Virus record (IMG/VR): IMGVR_UViG_3300010158_004052
Location: 1 to 30,411 of that record
DNA: 30,411 nt
Direction: 5' to 3' (one strand)
DNA from: a virus
Taxonomy: Duplodnaviria; Caudoviricetes
Under the pieces are notes generated by a model that was not told the origin of the DNA, searched no databases, and was given only the letters and a program-made list of their open reading frames with translations. Below are positions 15,302 to 25,600 of this stretch, in pieces; the stretch's first letter is position 1, and every line of letters starts with the position of its first letter. The translations under genes were made by a program, and so were the position numbers.

Positions 15302-17151
15302 TAACGCATCCCTCTAAGCCCAAATCTGGATCTTGATAGGGCTTGCATCCGCAATGCCCGCTGGTGCATCTGGATCTGCATTCGATTTTGCTGAAACTCG
15401 CCAAAAGATTGTTGTTGCTCATCTCCCATCATAAGCATCATGTTTTGCATTGTATTTAGCCCATTTTGCATACCCTTAGCAGTCCCTTTCATTCCCTGAT
15501 AGGATGTCTGTCCTTGTGTATAGAGCTGGTTTGCAAGGTTTCTAGCTTCCGATTGCGGAACGCCTTGCGAAAGTAAATCGGAGTAAATTTGCCCTTTGAG
15601 GTTATTCCTTTGCGACGCCCTTGCGTTTCCTCTGCTTTCATTTGCTTCAATTCCTGCGAGTGAAGCAGCAATATTTTCTTTATATCTTCCACTGTTCGCA
15701 TCGAAATTCTTTTGCCAGTCAAAAGGTGCTCGTTTCTTCATCTCGGCCATTTCTTCTGTATGGCCACCAAGAATGTTTTGCTTGTCATCGCCACTAATAC
15801 CCACCTTATCCATGTATGAGCCTATCTGCTCACTGATATCGGATAGGTTTGAATATGGGTTTGCTGAAGACGCACGAAGCGATGAGATTCTTCCTGCATC
15901 GAATGAGCTGAGGCCAGTCATTTTCAAGACTGACTCCGATAAAGTTTTATCTTTGCCGGTCAACTTGTTTTCTGACAAGTCTTTTTTAAGGGCTTCAATT
16001 GCGTTTGCATCCCCAGCCATAACTTTAGAGATCCGGCTTGCCGATTTGAATGATTCATCGCGTGCTGCATCATCGGCAGCTTTTACGGCTTGACCTCGAT
16101 TGGCAATATTCATTGACGCCGTAGGGGGAGTTTCAAAACCGAACATTCTGCTTATTGGATCAAAAGTTTGTTCTGCCCCAATGCTCTTGAGATGGCTTGC
16201 AATCTCCGCTTCTGTCCCTTTGCGTGGATTTTGGGCTAAATATGACGCCATTCTGTCGCCACCTAGCCCCATTTTCTGTAATAATTCACCTGATGCCAAG
16301 GAATCTGACGATGGTAAAGAACTAATTCTTGCTATGTCAGTCGGAGTGGTGCTTCTTGCGTTTGCTTCGTTTAACTTAACCATTTGATCGATTGCCTGTG
16401 ATTGATACCTTTTCCCAGATACAGAATTTTCGCCATACTTGTTGACGTAATACATCGCATTGTTAATTTCTTTTTGTGCTTGTTGCGATTGGCTAAGATC
16501 CGGTAAACCTAAAAAAGACTGTTCTCGGCTACCAAGATTGTATCCCATTTTTTTGGATATTTCTTCTCTATTGTCATAAGCCACCATGCCAGCCGTACCT
16601 ACCAAAGCAGAAACCCCTGCAATATTGTCAACATATTTAGAGTTCATGCCCGTCAATGCCGCTAATCCAGTGGCAGCAAATGGAAGGTTGTTCAACGCGC
16701 CTCTTGCGCCTGAGTAGTACATATCTTCCAACCCATAGCCGACCGCTTGAAGGCCCACCGTCATCTGCCATCTACGCAATCTCCTTGCTGCAACCTGTTC
16801 GTGCGTAAGACCTGCATTTTCATCTTTGCCCTGCTTTGCTACGCTGCCCAAACCTTTATTATAATCTTCAAACATTGCGTCACCTGGGCTTGCAACAGAG
16901 GATTGCCCTAATCCAGCAGCAAAAGCTGCTTGATCAGAAACACCACCACTGGCACGCCCACCACCGCCACCTCCACTACCACCTCCACCAAAGCCGCCTC
17001 CGCCTCCGCCGCCTCCACCTCCACCTCCACCTCCACCAGCCCTGTTTTTAAGCTCAATCATCCGTTCCAATTGGTAATTTATCTCTTTTAAATTGCTTAA
17101 CGAAGTATCGCCTGTGGAAATGTTGATCTTAAAATCGGCAGTTTGGAACAT
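15301..17151 (-). CDS. Tape measure protein
   Basis: 616 aa, helical A/G/S/Q-rich, hydrophobic segment GLQAVGYGLEDMYYSGARGALNNLPF...LVGTAG, located after the tail tube gene. Confidence 0.7.
   Translation of the reverse strand: MFQTADFKINISTGDTSLSNLKEINYQLERMIELKNRAGGGGGGGGGGGGGGGFGGGGSGGGGGGRASGGVSDQAAFAAGLGQSSVASPGDAMFEDYNKGLGSVAKQGKDENAGLTHEQVAARRLRRWQMTVGLQAVGYGLEDMYYSGARGALNNLPFAATGLAALTGMNSKYVDNIAGVSALVGTAGMVAYDNREEISKKMGYNLGSREQSFLGLPDLSQSQQAQKEINNAMYYVNKYGENSVSGKRYQSQAIDQMVKLNEANARSTTPTDIARISSLPSSDSLASGELLQKMGLGGDRMASYLAQNPRKGTEAEIASHLKSIGAEQTFDPISRMFGFETPPTASMNIANRGQAVKAADDAARDESFKSASRISKVMAGDANAIEALKKDLSENKLTGKDKTLSESVLKMTGLSSFDAGRISSLRASSANPYSNLSDISEQIGSYMDKVGISGDDKQNILGGHTEEMAEMKKRAPFDWQKNFDANSGRYKENIAASLAGIEANESRGNARASQRNNLKGQIYSDLLSQGVPQSEARNLANQLYTQGQTSYQGMKGTAKGMQNGLNTMQNMMLMMGDEQQQSFGEFQQNRMQIQMHQRALRMQALSRSRFGLRGMR
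16957..17037 (-). repeat. Poly-glycine (GGN)n tract in the tape measure gene
   Basis: G15-F-G4-S-G6 encoded by mixed GGT/GGA/GGC codons. Confidence 0.95.
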
Positions 17152-17208
17152 GGTATCCTCTTGTAATCAATCATTTTGTTGCGTGTCATCTGTTTTGCCG
17201 GAGCTGTC

Positions 17209-18336
17209 TTAAACTCCATCGTCGAGATACCAGTCAAACACATTGCAAGTATCTGGGTCGTACATGGCCGATCCCGATATCTGAGCGGAAAAAATCTCTG
17301 GGAGAGGCGTTATATTTTGGACGCTATCAAATCCAGTTTTCTTGCCAAGATTGAACCAGATTCGTTTACCGCCTGAGCCTGGATTGATGATGACGGCAAT
17401 CGCAACGGTTCCCCCGTTGATGCTATCTCGCATGAGCCTATAGCGTCTTCGCCAGATCAGGGATCCATATCCGCCGTCAGCACTCCCTGCGTTGCCGTCA
17501 GGGTCGGATAGATCGACTACAAGCGAATAGGATACAGATGTTACTGTCCTTTGAATCCGGTCGAGGACTCCATCACTATGACTTGTACTTGCAAGCATGT
17601 TCTGAAACGAGATGCTTACGGATCTGACCGTAATGAGTTTATTTGTAGACGGGACGGTATAGGTCGTATTTCCACCCGATATGGCAAATAGGGATGTGCC
17701 TGTAAAATCTGCATAAACCGATACCATTTTGAAAGTATAAGGAAGGATTGGATAGGCCGTGCAAGCTGGATCTTTTCCATACGATGGAATTGTTCCGTTG
17801 GCCGTTGTTGGAGCAATCTCTGTGCATGTAGAACCAGTGAGTTGCATATTGACCTGCACCATTGGAGATGACGCACCTACCGTCAACCCAAGCTGGCCGA
17901 TCTTAACGCCCTTGTAGCTATCTGCATAGAGACGTGGGGCGACTGGATCGGAGTCAAGATAGCACCTGTCGATCTGAAGGCTTGGGATATCGCCAAGCGG
18001 GTTTGTTGCCGGATCGGTCTTTGTAAGGGCATTGGTCAGGATAAAGTTTGCCTGTTCGCTGTAAAGTTTTCCACTGTACGAACCGTTTACAGTGTACCCA
18101 ACAACCGGCATGAGACGGACTCCGCCCTTAGATCCGTAGCTTACGATTGGATAGTTGTTGTTTGTGTCAGTGATCGTAAGCGATGAATCTTCAATGTCTG
18201 GTACAATATATGTACTGTTAAGAGTACCGTTAGAATACCCTTGCGTTGTTGGACCTTTAACAGTAGCACCACGGAATTCATTTAGAGTTCCGTTGGCGTT
18301 GTATTCTTGTAGGATGTGCGCCCAGTATCGTGCCAT
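17209..18336 (-). CDS. Major tail (tube) protein
   Basis: 375 aa from ATG 18336 (AGGAG RBS); beta-rich T/S/G composition, YKGVKIGQLGLTV and VRSVSISFQN strands; between the terminator-like gene and TMP. Confidence 0.65.
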   Translation of the reverse strand: MARYWAHILQEYNANGTLNEFRGATVKGPTTQGYSNGTLNSTYIVPDIEDSSLTITDTNNNYPIVSYGSKGGVRLMPVVGYTVNGSYSGKLYSEQANFILTNALTKTDPATNPLGDIPSLQIDRCYLDSDPVAPRLYADSYKGVKIGQLGLTVGASSPMVQVNMQLTGSTCTEIAPTTANGTIPSYGKDPACTAYPILPYTFKMVSVYADFTGTSLFAISGGNTTYTVPSTNKLITVRSVSISFQNMLASTSHSDGVLDRIQRTVTSVSYSLVVDLSDPDGNAGSADGGYGSLIWRRRYRLMRDSINGGTVAIAVIINPGSGGKRIWFNLGKKTGFDSVQNITPLPEIFSAQISGSAMYDPDTCNVFDWYLDDGV

Positions 18337-18338
18337 GA

Positions 18339-18824
18339 TTATCTCCTGATTGAAAGTGTGATATTGACTGACCCTGTACCGATCATGCAAGGCGGGTTTT
18401 TGTACTTGGCGTGATTGATGGCAGGCGACGAAATGTAGTGTGTCCCAAAGATAGCCCTCTGGTCGCCCGCCAAAGAACTTCTGATCGATTTTTCGCCTGA
18501 TACAAATTGATCGATGGCAACTTCTATAAGTTCCCATAGATCAAGCACAACATACTGGTTTGTACCAGGCACAATCACTTCCATAGAGATTGAAAAATCG
18601 GCTGTGGTAGATGTAAAGGTCTGTGGGGCTTGAGATGGTGCCGAGTATGTAAACCGGATAGCAGGGCATTTTTCAAGTGGGATGATTGCATGATCGTGCG
18701 CAGTCCCGTTGTAATCGTCAAACGTCTTTATGACTGACGACAATTGAGGATGCTCTTTAAGGTGACGGATAAACGCCTTCATGATTGTTGAACGGATGCC
18801 TTGCGGGATGTTTGGGTTAAACAT
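18339..18824 (-). CDS. Tail terminator / completion protein
   Basis: 161 aa, IRSTIMKAFIRHLK helix, CPAIRF strand, located before the tube gene. Confidence 0.55.
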   Translation of the reverse strand: MFNPNIPQGIRSTIMKAFIRHLKEHPQLSSVIKTFDDYNGTAHDHAIIPLEKCPAIRFTYSAPSQAPQTFTSTTADFSISMEVIVPGTNQYVVLDLWELIEVAIDQFVSGEKSIRSSLAGDQRAIFGTHYISSPAINHAKYKNPPCMIGTGSVNITLSIRR

Positions 18825-19554
18825 TGGATCTCCCGTTAGCTATCACGTTTAACCAAGCGTAGATCTGCCGTCCTATCTGCACTGATTCGTAGAGTGTTGC
18901 GCCTCGCAAATCTCTTGCTGGCACTCCCTTTTTGCCTTCAAATAGCGTTTCAAGAAATGGTTCGTTGTTGTCGTTTGTGATGTCATCCCATCCGCATTCG
19001 CCATGAACACCTGTTATTGATCCATCAAACGAGACGCCGTAATTGGTAATTACCCGCGATAGTTCTCGGTGTGGGGCAAGTGGAGGGCCGGTGTAGTCTT
19101 TGTATTCTTCGTATGGGGCATGGATTGGAGATGGATCGTAGTCGCTTGATCGGCTTATGGAAACAAGTTGCGAATCGCCGTATTCGGGAGGAGCAATTGT
19201 AGATTTGGATTGCTGTTGAAGCGTGCTGATGTCCGTTGGTAAATTCATTGTTGGGGCGGTAGTGGATGGCATACTATCACGGTAACTTAACGACGTTGGC
19301 TCCATGTTCCCACCGTTAGCCTTGCCGCCTTGCTGACCTGCCATAATGCCCAGCTTATTGCAGATCATAGCCACGGCACCCACTCGATACTGAAGCGTTT
19401 GATAAAACATTGGAATATTAAGCACGTTGAACAAGTTCGTTATAGTGATTGTTGAAAACGGATCGGCAGGTCCATCTTGGAATGCTTGTTGTGCTTTTTC
19501 TGAGCCAGGTGTTGTCGTGCTTTGATTGGGTATTTGGCTTGTATTGTTTGTCAT
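18817..19554 (-). CDS. Putative neck / tail completion protein
   Basis: 245 aa; C-terminal GPPLAP...SRVITN...PFL...GVPARDLRG reminiscent of Mu gpG / HK97 gp10-like proteins; position. Confidence 0.45.
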   Translation of the reverse strand: MTNNTSQIPNQSTTTPGSEKAQQAFQDGPADPFSTITITNLFNVLNIPMFYQTLQYRVGAVAMICNKLGIMAGQQGGKANGGNMEPTSLSYRDSMPSTTAPTMNLPTDISTLQQQSKSTIAPPEYGDSQLVSISRSSDYDPSPIHAPYEEYKDYTGPPLAPHRELSRVITNYGVSFDGSITGVHGECGWDDITNDNNEPFLETLFEGKKGVPARDLRGATLYESVQIGRQIYAWLNVIANGRSNV

Positions 19555-20411
19555 AATGTGTCTCGCCCATCCGCAATACGCATATCTACTACATAAGATG
19601 CCGATCCAGTCCCGTTCTCATCAAACCTCACTACGGAACTTTGCATGATTGAATTCGCTCGACTAAGGTGTTTTCGAGCAATTTCCTGATAGCTTCCAGT
19701 AGTTGGAGAACTTGAGAGCGAATCAGTGATCAGATAAAGTGCATAATGGGAAGAGGCATCGCATATTTCCGGAGTTATTATTAGCTTGTCGTTTTTAAGT
19801 AGATTCTCAACATAATTGCTACCGTAAGATGTAGGAGAGATGACTCCATAGTATATGGCGTTTTTGCCATAAAAATTTGTGTTGGAGCTGCATCTTAGAA
19901 TACAGGAATCAACCCAGTTTTTTGCCCTGAATCGCTGTTTGCTAAAACCGGATAGGTCGTTGTCCGTGTGTGTTGATTCCAGATATGGGGCTAGCATGAG
20001 CATGTCGCTATAGTCGCAATATAGCTTTAGTGTACCTATATGACCACTATTGGGGGACGGATTGACTCTTATAAAACCACGAAAAATTTCTCGTATGGAG
20101 GGCCAGCAAACTTCCCCATTTGGATCGATCAGAACTCGGATTGAGTAGATGCCTTGACTGAGGTCAAGCTGGGGCAACTGGATCTGGTACTCGCCAATAG
20201 ACGGTTGAGACCAGACGGCAATAAGAGTGGAGTCATCCTCGCGAACAACTCCATCATTGCCAGACGATATTTCGACTGTGAGCTTTTCATTCCCAGTGAA
20301 TCCGATGATTGCATAGGAATTTTCATCGTAGATCTTGCGAGTGAAAGTCCGTGCCACGCCCTGGCTACAATCCAGAATCTTACGATCAAGAGGTTGAGGC
20401 TCAGAGAACAT
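19551..20411 (-). CDS. Putative head-tail adaptor with an N-terminal Ig-like domain
   Basis: 286 aa after the MCP; beta-rich N-half, C-half YCDYSDM...AKNWVDSCI...ICDASSHYALY resembles gp15/gp36 adaptors. Confidence 0.55.
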   Translation of the reverse strand: MFSEPQPLDRKILDCSQGVARTFTRKIYDENSYAIIGFTGNEKLTVEISSGNDGVVREDDSTLIAVWSQPSIGEYQIQLPQLDLSQGIYSIRVLIDPNGEVCWPSIREIFRGFIRVNPSPNSGHIGTLKLYCDYSDMLMLAPYLESTHTDNDLSGFSKQRFRAKNWVDSCILRCSSNTNFYGKNAIYYGVISPTSYGSNYVENLLKNDKLIITPEICDASSHYALYLITDSLSSSPTTGSYQEIARKHLSRANSIMQSSVVRFDENGTGSASYVVDMRIADGRDTL

Positions 20412-20445
20412 GGCACGGACTCCACGACAGGAGGGCTAGGAATGC

Positions 20446-21666
20446 TTACAGTGTGGTCAGCCAAGGGGTCGTATGACGGATAGCGAATTCAGGGCGATAG
20501 ACCATCGCTCCAAACAGCGTGTCAAAGGTCAGAACGTAGGTGAACTGCTTTGGATCATAGGAGACCATGAAGCGGATCGGGATACCCTTGTAATAAGCCA
20601 TTGATGCCTGAACACCTACGGCTGGGGGTGGCAGTTCCAGAGGACGATAGGCAACGGCGAATGCTCTCTTGTGGAACATGATGTTGTGGTATCGGATTTC
20701 TGCGTACTTACCACCATTTGTACCAGCAACAGTTGGAGTACCGGATGATCCATTTCCGACTTCCTTTGGAATATCCAGATCCCAATCGACATTGATCCCG
20801 AATGTCGTGTTGATCCGTGCCGATTGACGGATACCGGCTGCAATTCCTTCGCCGACCGCTGACTGTGCTGTCCATGCCGTATCCGTAATGATGTTCCGGA
20901 ATGTGCTTGGTCGGACAAGCAGGAACATATTCTGAGCATCATCTGTAGGGCATTTAGCTTCTGTCAGATTCTGCCACATTCTCGCAAGAGAGTTAATCCC
21001 AAGCGAGTGATCTGTTGCACCAGAATAAGCGGATATCTCAGCAACGGGATCGCTACCCTTACCCAGAAACCCAAGCCATTCATTGGTACTCATCGTACTG
21101 TCGGTGTAATCTTGAGATCCTGCTGCGCCATTCTTCTTGATTAGCGAATTTCGACCTGTTGTCGATGCAGTGGGAGTTCCAAACAGGACTCCACCGCTCG
21201 TATTGTAAACAAGATTTAACAACCTTTGGTTTACATAGGTCGTAAACTTCTTGATTGCCTCATCAATGAACATTGTCCTGAGATCCTGTGGATTGGCTGC
21301 GAGAGCCTTATCCATATCAGGAATTACAAACGCATATGTCGGGTGCTGATCCAGTGTAAGGAATCGACGGATCGTTCCTACTGGATTAATCGTGACGCTT
21401 GTGCCATAGGCAGTCGTCATGTTTGTAATCGTGCCAGCCGAGTCAGGGAAATTGATTTCAATCGTCTTGCCCTGATAGGCAGTGTTCGATGGATCAATAT
21501 CGGTCATCACAAGGTCAAGGAACTTGTTAGGACCAACCAGTGCTTCCTGAGAAGACTGGAATGCCGAAATGATATTGCCAAAGAACGCATCATAGGTATT
21601 TGTGGTTGGAGTGCTACCAGACCACTGATTAGCTGGTGTTCTTACGCCTGGATCGTATAGGCCCAT
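20446..21666 (-). CDS. Major capsid protein, P22 gp5-like
   Basis: GKTIEINFP, LTLDQH, NIMFHKRAFAVAYRPLELP, IRF..SYD, FDTLFG..VYRPEFAIR motifs. Confidence 0.92.
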   Translation of the reverse strand: MGLYDPGVRTPANQWSGSTPTTNTYDAFFGNIISAFQSSQEALVGPNKFLDLVMTDIDPSNTAYQGKTIEINFPDSAGTITNMTTAYGTSVTINPVGTIRRFLTLDQHPTYAFVIPDMDKALAANPQDLRTMFIDEAIKKFTTYVNQRLLNLVYNTSGGVLFGTPTASTTGRNSLIKKNGAAGSQDYTDSTMSTNEWLGFLGKGSDPVAEISAYSGATDHSLGINSLARMWQNLTEAKCPTDDAQNMFLLVRPSTFRNIITDTAWTAQSAVGEGIAAGIRQSARINTTFGINVDWDLDIPKEVGNGSSGTPTVAGTNGGKYAEIRYHNIMFHKRAFAVAYRPLELPPPAVGVQASMAYYKGIPIRFMVSYDPKQFTYVLTFDTLFGAMVYRPEFAIRHTTPWLTTL

Positions 21667-21706
21667 TGCGAGTCATCCCCTTACTGGGGCGTGACTCAAG
21701 CTAAGG

Positions 21707-22534
21707 CTAGTCGTTGCTTTGTATATTTGCACCGTTGGCCACAGCTTGAGCCAACGCACCCTGATTTTGCGCCAACCATGCAGGGTCACGAAACCTTGCA
21801 GTAACAGTTGGTGAAATAGTAGGTGCCGGCCCGCCGCGACCTTGTAAATCGCCATAACCACGAAATTGCAGAGACGGTGTTTGAGGAGGCTGATACCCGT
21901 TAGCTTGTGGCATTGGGGGTCTCTGAGCCTGTGGGGATGGCATCCCGTTTCCTTGAGGTGCCATTTGCGGTTGCGGTTCAGCGAACATTTGCCGTTCTGG
22001 TTGTTGTTGCTGAACTGCGCCGTTCTCAAACGCTTGCGTCATCTGATTGGGTATGGAATTATCTGTTGGTTCGGCCTGAGTGTTTTGACTCGAAACACTC
22101 TGGAAAAGTTGGGGAAACTCGTCGAATGCTATTGAAAGCACATGCTGGATAATTTCCGGTGTCAAGTTATCGACATCCTCCGGATTGTATCCAACGGCAC
22201 GCAAAATTTGCGTGGGCGTAACCCCTTCAGCTAGATAACCATCAAGCGCGCTCTTGAATTGGTTTTCATGCTGTGTCCACGATTGCTGACTTCTGTAGTC
22301 TTGATACTCGTTATACTGCTCATCCGTGTATTGAAGTCTAGGGTCGGCTTTCATATCCGTGTAAGCCGTTGCAAGCTGCCGCAGAAGGTTATCGCCCTCC
22401 ACTTTAGCCGCCCTGATTTCCTCAAGTTCTTTCTCCATTCTCTGCTTTGCAGCACGGTAACGCTTTACCATGCTATTCTGCTTGGCATAGAGGTGATAAG
22501 GAACTGGTTGACCATCAAAACCACTGTCAGACAT
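21707..22534 (-). CDS. Capsid scaffolding protein
   Basis: 275 aa immediately upstream of the MCP; coiled-coil N-terminus, Q/P-rich linker, short C-terminal helix; AGGAG RBS. Confidence 0.7.
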   Translation of the reverse strand: MSDSGFDGQPVPYHLYAKQNSMVKRYRAAKQRMEKELEEIRAAKVEGDNLLRQLATAYTDMKADPRLQYTDEQYNEYQDYRSQQSWTQHENQFKSALDGYLAEGVTPTQILRAVGYNPEDVDNLTPEIIQHVLSIAFDEFPQLFQSVSSQNTQAEPTDNSIPNQMTQAFENGAVQQQQPERQMFAEPQPQMAPQGNGMPSPQAQRPPMPQANGYQPPQTPSLQFRGYGDLQGRGGPAPTISPTVTARFRDPAWLAQNQGALAQAVANGANIQSND

Positions 22535-22556
22535 CGTGAAAACTCCTGTTGTGAGT

Positions 22557-22596
22557 ATTATGGATCATTATTAGGGTTCTAGTCAATACCAGATTT
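22557..22596 (-). promoter_or_regulatory. Promoter for the scaffold-capsid-tail operon, containing a shared motif
   Basis: TTGACT(22586-81)-N18-CATAAT(22562-57); the -35 lies in AAATCTGGTATTGACTAGAACCC, repeated at 28162-28183. Confidence 0.6.
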
Positions 22597-22686
22597 GGAG
22601 TGCCGTTGATCAGAAACGTCAGGGGATAGCTTCCGGGTGGTTCTGCGTTGCAGATCATTTAATACATCTCGGCAAGTTGAAGAATA

Positions 22687-25600
22687 TCAATCTAGAGTCT
22701 TTTGAATCCGTTTTACGAGATCTACATAGCCCGGAATGTCGCCAATTCGGCCTAATCCATGCTGGCCGCCTTTTACCCTAACCGCTCTAGTGGCAAGGTA
22801 ATCGGCTACCTTTGCTAATCTTTTTGCCGTCGCGTTCTTTTTATTTTTAAAAAGCACAAGCCCAGACTGAAAATCAGTGACGCTGCTTCTGCCTTTAGTT
22901 CCTGGTTCTTTCTGGATTGCCGCAGAGGTTCCGACACGTTTGACATTTTTTATAATGTGGCTTGTGCCGTTTCCAAAATGTGTCGGGTGGTGATAAACTT
23001 CAGCCGTAAGCCCCTTTGGGACGTTTGACCTAAAAGAGAGCGGAACAGCGTCTCGTTTTAATTCTCTCTGGAGAGTTTTATCAGCCCTCTTCTCTATGGC
23101 ATAGGCAACTGCACGGGATCGCTCCGCCGTCCCTTTGCCCGGTGCGAGTTGCCCGCCAAGAGAGTAGCGGGCTGGAGCGGGGGTGGGGGTGGAGGCGAGA
23201 TAGTTGGCCAAGACTTCGGGTGGGACGGGCTTGCCTTCGCGGAGGGCATCGGAAATCAGTTCACGGTGCAACTCCTTGTCAATCGCAAGTCCCTCTGAAT
23301 TGCGAACAATATACTCAGGCTGCCCCTCGTTTTGTTTGCTGCGAAACTCAACCCAAGTCATCTCCCACGGCTGCTTCCCCTTTGCCCCTGTCTTGGCTGC
23401 CGCAGGATCAATATGGCTATTAACTTGGGCTAGGATATCAGCCTGCGGTTGGGATGTGGTATTTTTTCTCAGCTTTAACTGTGCATGCGACCATCCTAGG
23501 TACCATGCGTCCCTATACTTTTGTTCTTTTGCTGGAACTCCAGGTTGCTGAGTTGGTGGCAATGCTCCAGGCTTTTCGTTTGCCGCTTCAAATCCCCTAC
23601 GGAATTCATTTCCCTCTCGCTGAGTCTTGAACGATACGCGAGGTTTTCCACCAGGGCTGGATGGGGCATGCATAAGGACGTTTATCGAGTCATCTATTTC
23701 CGCTTTCGTCATCTTCGTCGGTGGAGGGGGTGCTTGAGGTTCTTGTGCTGGTGCTGGTGGGGCAACAGTAGGATCGTTGAGCGCAGCACGTGCGGATTCT
23801 TGGGCTGTCTGTTGTGGATTAAGCGAATCTTGTGGTAAAAAGTTCTGGACTCTATTGCCGATATCCTCTTGTGGTGGTGGTGCAGGTGCTGCTTGAGGTG
23901 CTGCTTGTTCGACAACTGGCTGCTTTCCTCGCCTTGCCAATCCGCTACGCATCGGAGCTTTAGGTACATCCTCTGGCACTGGTTCAGTCTGGACGTATGC
24001 TTCCCTTGCTCGCGGGGCGTTAAACTTGGCAAGTTCTTTAGCTTGTGCTAAGGCAAATATCTCTTCTGCACTTATATCTTTAACAAACGGACTGACGCCT
24101 TCAGTATTATGTCCTTGCTGCGCCATATGATTGAAAACGCCAGCCGCCGCATTCTGAGATGCTGGATCGTCAGGGTTTTTTGCTAATCCTGCTTGATGGA
24201 TATTAAACTGGTTTTCAAGGCTTTTTCTATCATAAGCGTTAATTTGTTGAATAATATTCTTAGTTGCTGGATCATCACTAAGAAGATCATCTATTGCCTT
24301 GGACATGGGATTCTTGTGGCCCGTACTGCCGTAATGATCTGCCAGAGATATAAGATTGCGTGGATCAACTCCACCATTGGCCGTAAATATATTTGTTTCG
24401 CCGGACGTGTCCTGCTCAGGATTTGCATAGTTCGTTGCGTGTCGTCGAACCGTATCGTTCAGGTTTTGCTCAACCATCTTATCAATACGTCTGGATTGCT
24501 TTTTAGGACGAAGTTTTGCAAGATTATCCGCATCCTCTTGATTGAATGTCTCAGCAAGGATTTTCCTAATTGAGTTGTATGAATCGCTTTCGCTTTTGCC
24601 AACAGATTCCTCCATTTTGTGGAGTCTTGCCTTTACCATTTCCTCCGTATTCATTATGGGCTTATCAGAGACAGTTTTACCTTCAGAGTCCGTGCTTTGC
24701 ACAATCATTCCAGGCGTTGCAGGTGCAAATCTATCTGATGTGGCATTTGGATTATTGTCTACCATAGAGCTGTTAGCTGCTTGTAGACCTGCCAATCTAG
24801 CCAGTGGAGAAGCGATTCTGTGATGAAGCTCATCTATTGGAGTCGTAGGGACAGGAAGTTCCGCATCTGGTGCCAAGTTCCTAAAATACTGCTCAGATTG
24901 ATAATTGTCGCTAACTTCTCTACCAAGTTGGTCGGTATAATGCGGTATATTTTCCTTAATGTATTCTCCGAAACTGCCATCAGGATTCCTTAGATTGGTT
25001 GGTACAGTAAGGGTTTTAAGTCCAATACCACGAGTGTTGTCCTCACTTTTGGTGCCCTTGTTGAATTGGCCTGTGCCTTTATTGATTGCTTCTATAATGT
25101 CACTTCCGGCTCCCGTTGACATCTCTAATGGTAATACTTGACGTTCAGGCTTACCGGTTTTCGGGTTACGAATTTTTGATGATTCAACGACTCCAGTTGG
25201 ATCTGATGTTCTCCTAAGCTCTTTAGCGAGTGCGTCAGCCTTTTTTCTGGCTTCTCCCTTTTCTTTTTCTGTGCCAGCATCGGCTAGTACCTCCCTTTGT
25301 GATGTTAAATTGTCTTGTGAAGTTCTGAGACGAACGATCACTTTACTTAAATTAGGGTCATTGAGTGCTTCAAGTCGGTCAGCAAGAGCTTGAAAACCTT
25401 CGATTCGGTCGTCACCTTGGGCTTTAGGAACCAGATACTTATGAACATCGTCAACGACATTTCCCCTAGGCATTCCTTTTCCAGATGCCACTGCTGCCCT
25501 GTTGCTTTCTCCAACCGCACGGGCTTGAACACTGTTATCTAATTCTTTCAACTTCTTAGGCGTGAGTGAATTAAGATCAAAATCAAGAGCGTTAAATTCT

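Noticed and set aside
18337-18537. N-terminal extension of the tail tube ORF (442-aa version)
   Set aside because: Overlaps the upstream gene out of frame; a good AGGAG RBS precedes ATG 18336. Similar over-long starts were trimmed for several other ORFs.
22590-22686. Hammerhead or other known ribozyme
   Set aside because: No CUGANGA core paired with GAAA in the correct arrangement on either strand.
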